DNA of 64,000 bases from Chrysomallon squamiferum (Eukaryota > Animalia > Mollusca): positions 14,322,001 to 14,386,000 of the forward strand of contig CM022673.1 of NCBI GenBank assembly GCA_012295275.1, in the 5' to 3' direction. Of this stretch, positions 52,262 through 64,000 are shown one piece after another; the first letter of the stretch is position 1, and every line of letters starts with the position of its first letter. The position numbers were made by a program, and so were the translations under genes. The notes beneath the pieces are model-generated. The model saw only the letters and a program-made list of their open reading frames with translations, had not been told where the DNA came from and searched no databases.

Positions 52262-53832
52262 CTACAAAACAAAAACATAACAGCACTGTATTTCAATTTT
52301 AAATTATGTTTTTTATATATTATTTTTAATTTAATAATTTAAAAAAAAAAAAAATTCTCTGATATTATTATAAAGTTAAAAATAAAAATATATTTTTAAT
52401 CACTCACTAATATAAAAAAAAAAATTTTTTTATTCTTTATATATTAGTTTAACCCTTAAGTTTTATTTTGTTAATATATGTGAGTATTGACAATTAATTT
52501 CAAGAATATAATAATTATCAAAAAATTTTTTTTTTTTATTTTTTAAAAAGATTTAGGACATTTATAATGGAAATTCTCGTCACCTTTTTCCTCTACGTTT
52601 CAGTTCATGCAGTAATGTTGCAATCTGCCTCACCCCAGTGCAGCCCAGGGGGTGACCCAAGGCCACAGCCCCGCCCTTAGGATTCACTTTCTCATATGGA
52701 ATGCCTAGTTTTTCAATACAGTAAACAGCCTGGCTAGCAAACGCCTCATTTATTTCAAACACATCAATGTCGTTTATAGTGAGTCCTAAAAAAAAACAGA
52801 ACAGTGATTTTATGGTTAAATAAATATTTGTTCTACAACATCTGTTTTTATATTCAACAACCAGTTAGTATAAAACATGGGGAAAGCTAGCTCATAAGAA
52901 TTTTTTTTAATAAATGTAGAAAAGGATCTCTCTCATATTCTGCTTTTTTTGCGAGATAAAAAGCAACAAAAACACACTGGACACTGGTTTTAATGGGATA
53001 TGCATAAAGGATGTGGAACTTACAAACCTCTGTTTAGTAATTTAACAACTAATTTTCTTTTCTGTTCTAATGAGTGAAGGTTTATTTTGCAATAGGTGAA
53101 CCTTTTTATTATTTTTATTTATCTGACAACAATATCATTTTTACAATTATTAAAGAAATGATAGTTTTTTAATATTTGCATGAACAACAAAATTGCTTTT
53201 AATCAAGATATTGAATAAAAAAATAAAAAAATAAAAAATAATGATAATGATGATGATAATAATAAATAAAAATAAATATATCATAATAATAATAATAATA
53301 ACCAGAAAATCTTTGATCCAGTTTACTGATGTTAGTGAATAAAAATCATTTCCACAGTTTTAAATATAAAATAAAAAATAAACTAATTCTCAATTAATAC
53401 ATCTTTGTAATTTTTCAGCTGAATGCAGATTGACAATATCAAAATCAAGTGTAGAGAACTGTGTGTTATTCAAATATCCAAACTATTTATAATTAATACA
53501 TCTTTGATATTTTGATCTGCTGAATTCAGATTCACTAATAAAATCAGGAGTAGATAACTCTGTGACACCTGCTTTCTGCAGAACTCTGGGTATGGCTACA
53601 GCTGGTCCGATACCCATGATGTCCGGTGGACACCCGACAGCAGTGAATGACCTCAGAATGCCCAGTATCGGCCAGCAACGCCTTTCTGCCTCTGACCGGC
53701 GACACACAACACAAGCTGCTGCCCCATCACTCACCTGACTGGAATTACCTGTAACAATTTTAATTTATTATGTGAACATGGACAAACAGGTGGATGGATT
53801 GACACACAAAGACGGATGGAGATGCAAGTGTG

Positions 53833-53868
<36 letters not shown>

Positions 53869-53982
53869 CAGATGGATGTTTATATGGACACGGAGATAAG
53901 TGTATGGGTATATGAATATTAAACAATATTTTGTTTAATCATATTTTAAATATAGGTACTATAATCTATTGCTGTTTGTGCA

Positions 53983-54022
<40 letters not shown>

Positions 54023-55103
54023 TCTGAGTGTGTGTGTTTGTGTGTGTGTGTGTGTGACTGTATTAATTTAACAATACAGAAATAAAACTGAGTAAATAAA
54101 AGTTAAATCATACATAAATAAAATATAAATAAAAAAATAAAAAATATATAAATAAAATATTAATAAAGTTAAAATATAAATAAATAAAATATAAGTACAA
54201 AGTAAAAAATATATAAATAAAATATTAATAAAGTTAAAATATAAATAAATAAAATATAAATACAAAATAAAATATTTTATTTATTGATTTATTTATAGTT
54301 TTATTTATATTTTAATTTTATTTTTATATTTTATTTATGTTTATTTATTTATATTTTAACTTTTATTAATATTTTATTTATTAACATTTGATTTATTTAT
54401 AGTTTTTTTTTATTTATATTTTATTTTATTTTGTATTTATATTTTATTTATGTTTATTTTATTTATTTAAATTTTATCTTTTATTAATATTTTAAATATA
54501 CATTAATATAGTATAAATAGCTGTGTCACACACAAACCTGCAGTTGTACTTCCATTTTCTTTAAAAGCAGGTTTTAGTTTTGAGAGTCCCTCCAGGGTGG
54601 AGCCTGGTCTCACCCCCTCATCCTGAGTGACCTGTCAGTTGTTATATAATTAACATATAACAGTTATATCAGTCTAAACAAGTGAAATATTTTATTATAA
54701 ATTGTAGCTAGAAGGAGCATTCATTTTATTCCTGGCAAATATAGCAACAAAAATAATAATTTTCTTTACACAACCATGAGATAAATCAGTCTGTAACTTT
54801 TTAAGTTATTTTTTCATCATTTGTCCTGTGTCATTACAATTTTAAGACATGTCCATGTAATACTAATTATACTAGTTGTGTCTTACAAATATATTAACTA
54901 GGAAGATAACAATAAGTTACAAGAGCTATAAAAATATTAACAATAATAATTATAATGATAATGATAATGATGCTTATAATGATAATATGATGATGATGAC
55001 AATAATGACAACAACAACATCTTAATATCTAATATTCACTGTATTTTAGAAATAATTTAATAACTTGTAAATGAATTTTGTATAAGAGTAGAAAATACAA
55101 AAC

Positions 55104-55137
<34 letters not shown>

Positions 55138-56830
55138 GTGTTTGTCAAAGTTTGTTGACCCACCTGTACTTGATCATTAAATAAAAAATACTGAATTACC
55201 AGTATTTGAAAAATGTATGTAATGTGATTAAGACTATTTATTTGCTTATCTGTCTATTTACTAATAATGAAATTCTAATGTAATAATGTATATAAAATTA
55301 CTTATTAATAATATTATTTCTAATGTAATAATGTTGTTCAAAATTATCTGTTTTTTATAATTTTAATTTAAAATGCAATAATGTTTGTGAAAATGGTTAT
55401 TATAATGAATTTATTAAATTTTTAATTTTTTTTTTTTTACAGTCAAAGATAGTTTATTTATTTCAAATAAACAAAACAAAATGAGCTCACTGTCACAGAT
55501 TTTTCCTCTCCTTTTTTATCAGTCACTGTGGTTTTAACAGGAATAATCTCAGCATCAAAGGCACCAGTTTTCTGTGCAGTGTAAGCTCTGTAAAAAAAAT
55601 ATTTATACATTATTTTATTAAACTAATCAATCAATCAATCAATCTCTATGACATGCCAGGCTAAACTGCTACTTCTGTGATTAAAAAGTAACCATCAAAC
55701 AAATTGTTATTGTGATGTTAGAAGAGTCAAAAATTGTAATTTTCATGTTTGTACTGACAACTTATTATTGTAATACTTTATTATCAGCTAAGTTAAGCAA
55801 TAAAATAATTACTTTCAACATTCAAATTGTATTTGCTGGATTGGAACAAAAGTCTGTATAGTTTAGGATGAGTTCATTCACAGAAAGATGCCAAGTTCTC
55901 AGAGGATGGAATCAGTGAAACTGCCTTTAAGATGGTGAAAGGTAGAGGAAGAAAATGGCACATAAATCTATTTACAAAATATCTAAATATTTAATTTCAC
56001 TTAAAAAATTATGTTTTATTCCAAACCAGTATATGACTTGTTCACACGGACACCCTTGAAAAAAACAAATGAAACCAAACACTGGAAAGCATTTACATAA
56101 CTTTTGACACTTTAAACAATCAGAACATGAATGTTTACAGTGATTATTTCTTACTTTCTGTGTGATTCTAAAGAAAACTGATCTTGTTTTAATCGTGTCA
56201 CCCCAAATCTTTCTGCAACATTCTCAGACGTAATCCTAAAAACAATAAACATGAAATTAATGCTCCAAGACATAACCTGACAAACAAACTGCAAACACAT
56301 CTTTAAAGAAAATATATAATTTAATGCAGAGTCATTTTAGATTTAAAGAAACAAGCAAAGTAATTCAGTTTTACCTGAAAAATATATTAATATTTTTAAA
56401 CACCTCAGTATATTTTTATATTAACATAATTAAGATTTTTTAACATAAAAATAAAATATTAAATTATGTATGAATCTATGTGTGATATTAAAATGTAATA
56501 TTAAATTATGTATGAATCTATGTGTATATTAAAATTAATACTAATTATGTATAAATCTATGTGTAATATTAAAAATAATATTAAATTATGTATAACATAC
56601 CCCATTGGAGTCAAGCAGTCTCTTGCTTTATCTACCTCTAACAGTCTTGGGTTCACACCATCACCACCATCAAAACCCAGAGGAAACTTTGACATGCATT
56701 CAACTCTGCAAACAAATTTACATTAAAAACTATAAATTACTCACTGAAAATATCACTGAATCAGAAAGAATAATGTTTAATTTTATTAATATTTCTGTAT
56801 AAAAAATAATTAAAAATAAAATATCCATTT

Positions 56831-56877
<47 letters not shown>

Positions 56878-58919
56878 TTTGTTTGTTTGTTTGTTTATTT
56901 ATTTAGTGATTATTCCTGTTGTTACTGATTTTTTAATTATAATTATTATTGACTTATTTATTTTATTATTATCCTTTAATTATAATTATTATTAATTTAT
57001 TTAATATTTATTGCAAATATACTGTTAATAATATTTGGACTAACCAACACAACATCTACAAGTATTACCAGAATTTTGTTGCATATAGTACAAAATGTTT
57101 AAAACACAAAAAATAAAATTAATATAAACAGAACATTTTTTATTTACCCTGCTGCAACACCAATGTTACAATCTCCATTAGCTATACTGTCTGAAAAATA
57201 GAAAAACAAATTATATCTCTATTTTTATAAATATATATATATTTATATTCAAAATAAGAAAATTTTACAGTAACATTTTCTTATTTCATGAAAATAAAAA
57301 ATGTTACAACAAAAAGTAAATGTACTTTGAAAACTGGCTATGTTGATGTTCAGATTACTCTGTTGATGTTATTAACTCTTAAAATGTTGATGTTGTTAAA
57401 ACATACGGACAGTGTTGATGATATTAATAATTACAAAAATATTGATGATATTAACACTTACTGGCAATGTTGATGAAGGCTTGTAAGCCAGATGCACACT
57501 GTCTGTTTGTTGTGTAGATTGGGACAGTTTCTGGAATTCCACTGAAAATAAAATAAAATTTCTACCAAAAACTATCATCAAGAAATTTTCATTTAACAAA
57601 TGATTCAATGCTGGGGTATAATTAAACATCCATCCATTCATTCATTCATTAACAAATGCTTCAAAATACTTATTATTATTATAATTTTTACGTTAATGGT
57701 TATCAGGATTTATGTTTATAACAACAGAGAAGAAACCTGATACAACCCTTCTCTGTGAGACAGTTACAGACTGACAGCAATGTGAGTAAAGAATGTATTT
57801 CTGACACCCAGTTCTGAGTAATGAGAGGACAGAAAACAGCAAAATCAGGGTAGTGAAGAGAACTGATCCTGAGATATATCACTTTAAACAAACTTCCTGA
57901 AATGTTTTACTTATTATGGAGTCCTAATTTCATTATTTGTTTTACCAGTAATGTTAATTATGTCTGGAAACTAGTTAGTTTATTTTTATTGTTTAGCCTA
58001 GATGAATTCGGACTTATTAGACCATGTTTTTATTATGAATAAATAAGTTAATAAATTATTAAGTAAATAAATAAACAAACCAGTAAAACTGTGCAGTTCT
58101 TGCTGTGAAGGCAGGATGTGGATCATTAACAGTACCTGCCAAAAAATAAAAAATAAATAAATACTTAATTTCATATTTTTCTTATTCACTTTCTACAATC
58201 TGACAAAGAAAATCACTAAAGGTGCTTCTATATGCACTTTGTAACAGACAGCAAAAATGTATTCTGCAACCTTTGATAAACCAGTGATTTAAAAATGGTT
58301 AGAAGAGGAAATTGCTCAAACAGCACTCTGAAGACGTTTGATCCTGTTGCCAGTCACGTCTCTGGGAAATGATTTTGCATACAGCGACAAGCTAGTTATC
58401 TAGAGAACACAGAACAAGTTAATTTACCAACACAGATGTCTTCAATCTGGTAAGGATCGATTCCTACATCACGAATAACTGCAGTAAAGATGGTTGCCAG
58501 AAGATCATCAGGATAAGTGTCCTACAATATAAATTTAAAATATAATGTTTAATACAATTATTAACACTTATAAAATAATTATCACCTGTTTTCTTAATCG
58601 CATCAAGCCTTAAGGAATAATGAATTTCATGTTTATTGTTGTGGATTCTGTTTCTTATATGCATATTTTTATTTTTGTGTTTGCACAAGCCAAGCATACA
58701 CAGAATAATTCGTCTAAAACATTTTAATTTTTTCAATTACAGACTGTTTGTTAAAATACTTACTTTGAAAGCGCCTCGCTTTGCTTTTCCTATCGGTGTT
58801 CTTAACGCGGATACAATCACCACTTCGTCTTGGTGTCTGCTGCTCGCTGCCACCTCGTTAACAGAAACGTTACTGATTTTATTATCGAGATGGTTAAATA
58901 CAACGTTCAAACGATCCAT
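52186..58919 (-). CDS. ACAA1: Peroxisomal 3-ketoacyl-CoA thiolase, 12 coding exons, 1263 nt, 420 aa
   Basis: N-terminal PTS2 RLNVVFNHL (RLx5HL); catalytic motifs NRQCASG, NEAF, GHPLG and SMCVGTG. Phase-consistent exons: 58764-58919, 58428-58521, 58081-58135, 57462-57541, 57148-57190, 56601-56705, 56155-56235, 55491-55587, 54538-54631, 53569-53748, 52584-52785, 52186-52261. Confidence 0.95.
52584..52785 (-). CDS. ACAA1: ACAA1 exon 11
   Basis: [19 protein letters not shown]...[11 protein letters not shown]. Confidence 0.95.
53569..53748 (-). CDS. ACAA1: ACAA1 exon 10
   Basis: [13 protein letters not shown]...[18 protein letters not shown]. Confidence 0.95.
54538..54631 (-). CDS. ACAA1: ACAA1 exon 9
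   Basis: [31 protein letters not shown]. Confidence 0.95.
55491..55587 (-). CDS. ACAA1: ACAA1 exon 8
   Basis: [32 protein letters not shown]. Confidence 0.93.
56155..56235 (-). CDS. ACAA1: ACAA1 exon 7
   Basis: [27 protein letters not shown]. Confidence 0.95.
56601..56705 (-). CDS. ACAA1: ACAA1 exon 6
   Basis: [10 protein letters not shown]...ARDCLTPMG. Confidence 0.93.
57148..57190 (-). CDS. ACAA1: ACAA1 exon 5
   Basis: [15 protein letters not shown]. Confidence 0.9.
57462..57541 (-). CDS. ACAA1: ACAA1 exon 4 (catalytic Cys)
   Basis: [27 protein letters not shown]. Confidence 0.95.
58081..58135 (-). CDS. ACAA1: ACAA1 exon 3
   Basis: [18 protein letters not shown]. Confidence 0.88.
58215..58395 (-). 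mobile_element. Possible decayed tRNA-derived SINE in ACAA1 intron 2
   Basis: B-box-like ggatcaaac on the minus strand (~58336-58344). The run tatatgcact...cagacag...cctttgataaaccagt...tggtt resembles, from memory, a common gastropod SINE body; unverified. Confidence 0.4.
58428..58521 (-). CDS. ACAA1: ACAA1 exon 2
   Basis: [31 protein letters not shown]. Confidence 0.92.
58764..58919 (-). CDS. ACAA1: ACAA1 exon 1 (PTS2)
   Basis: [11 protein letters not shown]...[13 protein letters not shown]|GTAAGT. Confidence 0.93.
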
Positions 58920-59587
58920 TTTCGATTAACAGATCAAGGAATAGTTCAGAAGCTTCCAACCAAACGAAACCAAAGTCCAAAAATCACAAAATTCAAAGTC
59001 ATGTGTCGAGGTAGTTTTCAGGGTTATCCCCATCCCAAAGCGAGGCTCTTTGGGAATCCCTAAATGTTCGGGTAACTACGTAAAACGTCGCTGAATGCAC
59101 TCGGAATAGTTCGTATCTTTTGCTTTTCGTTATTGTTTTGTTATAATAATGTTTATATAATTATATATGTTATTATAATTCTTAACTCCCATACCATCGT
59201 CTTAAATAATATTTTTGTCAACTTTAATACGAAAAATAGTTCATAATCGATTATTATAGTGAAATATATGTCAAAAAGACATAATTATTATTTATTTCAT
59301 TAAAACAAATAAATAAAATAATAAACAAACAAACATATAAATAGAAATATTTATATACAAAGCAGTTAATTGTTCCTTTATTTGAAGCAATCTTACTTTC
59401 TTTCTTTTTTCATTTTTTTTTTTTTTCTCTTAACTTTTACGACTAATTAAAGTTAACATAAAATCAGTTCAGTCTTCATCATAGGATATTCACTGACAAT
59501 CAACCGTGTAATGTGTACATAACTGTTATTCATTATTTATTTTATTTTATTTTATTATTATTTTATTATTTAATAATAAGAATAGTA

Positions 59588-59623
<36 letters not shown>

Positions 59624-59641
59624 AAATCACACCATACATAT

Positions 59642-59842
<201 letters not shown>

Positions 59843-59914
59843 GAACTCTGTTTAATTTGAGTAACAGTATGTTTGTAAATGTCTTATAATGAATTAACTA
59901 AAAGACAACATTTA

Positions 59915-60095
59915 AGACACTTCCGTCCGGTAAGACAGTAAAGGTCGACAAAAAGTCCAGCGTGCCAAACCAGACGACCCAAGTTTTCACCAACCATGCA
60001 TCCAATGGGAAAACAGTAAACAAGGGAGATGTCACAGACTGACCAATGAGACAGGCCGAAGTAACGCCGGGATGGAGAGATGGCTGATATAATTA
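59915..60095 (+). promoter_or_regulatory. Alpha-tubulin promoter
   Basis: ACTTCCG ~59919, CCAAT at ~60002 and ~60043, TATAAT ~60088, about 100 bp before the ATG. Confidence 0.55.
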
Positions 60096-60189
60096 GTTTT
60101 GTCTAGAAGCGTTTCAGCTAATTCTCTTACCGCCATCTCACGTGCGATTCATTTACGTCTGAGTGAGAAGGTATCCGGATTTTAACAAC

Positions 60190-64000
<3,811 letters not shown>

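Overview
AT-rich, microsatellite-dense animal genomic DNA with spliceosomal GT-AG introns. It is probably lophotrochozoan or molluscan, which is an inference and not established. I can build five protein-coding genes by hand: (1) an aldo-keto reductase with an intron-free CDS (-, 3461-4384); (2) an orphan 112-aa single-pass membrane protein ending in a PDZ-type EFYV tail (-, 25870-26208); (3) a 16-exon AF10/AF17 (MLLT10/MLLT6-family) gene with PZP and OM-LZ domains (+, 35809-47271, 729 aa); (4) a 12-exon peroxisomal 3-ketoacyl-CoA thiolase, ACAA1, with a PTS2 signal (-, 52186-58919, 420 aa); (5) a divergent alpha-tubulin (+, from 60190, running off the window) head-to-head with ACAA1. Positions 5.5-25 kb have no convincing CDS. 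The most striking unexplained pattern is that intronic tandem repeats are repeatedly built from the gene's own splice sites. A ~3-kb array carries roughly 75 copies of the AF10 exon-9 donor (CA|GTAAGT), acceptor-containing arrays precede AF10 exons 9 and 13, and decayed donor-containing or donor-abutting repeats occur in AF10 and ACAA1. Several fold-back/MITE-like inverted repeats are also present. All coordinates and counts were read by eye; no database search was possible.
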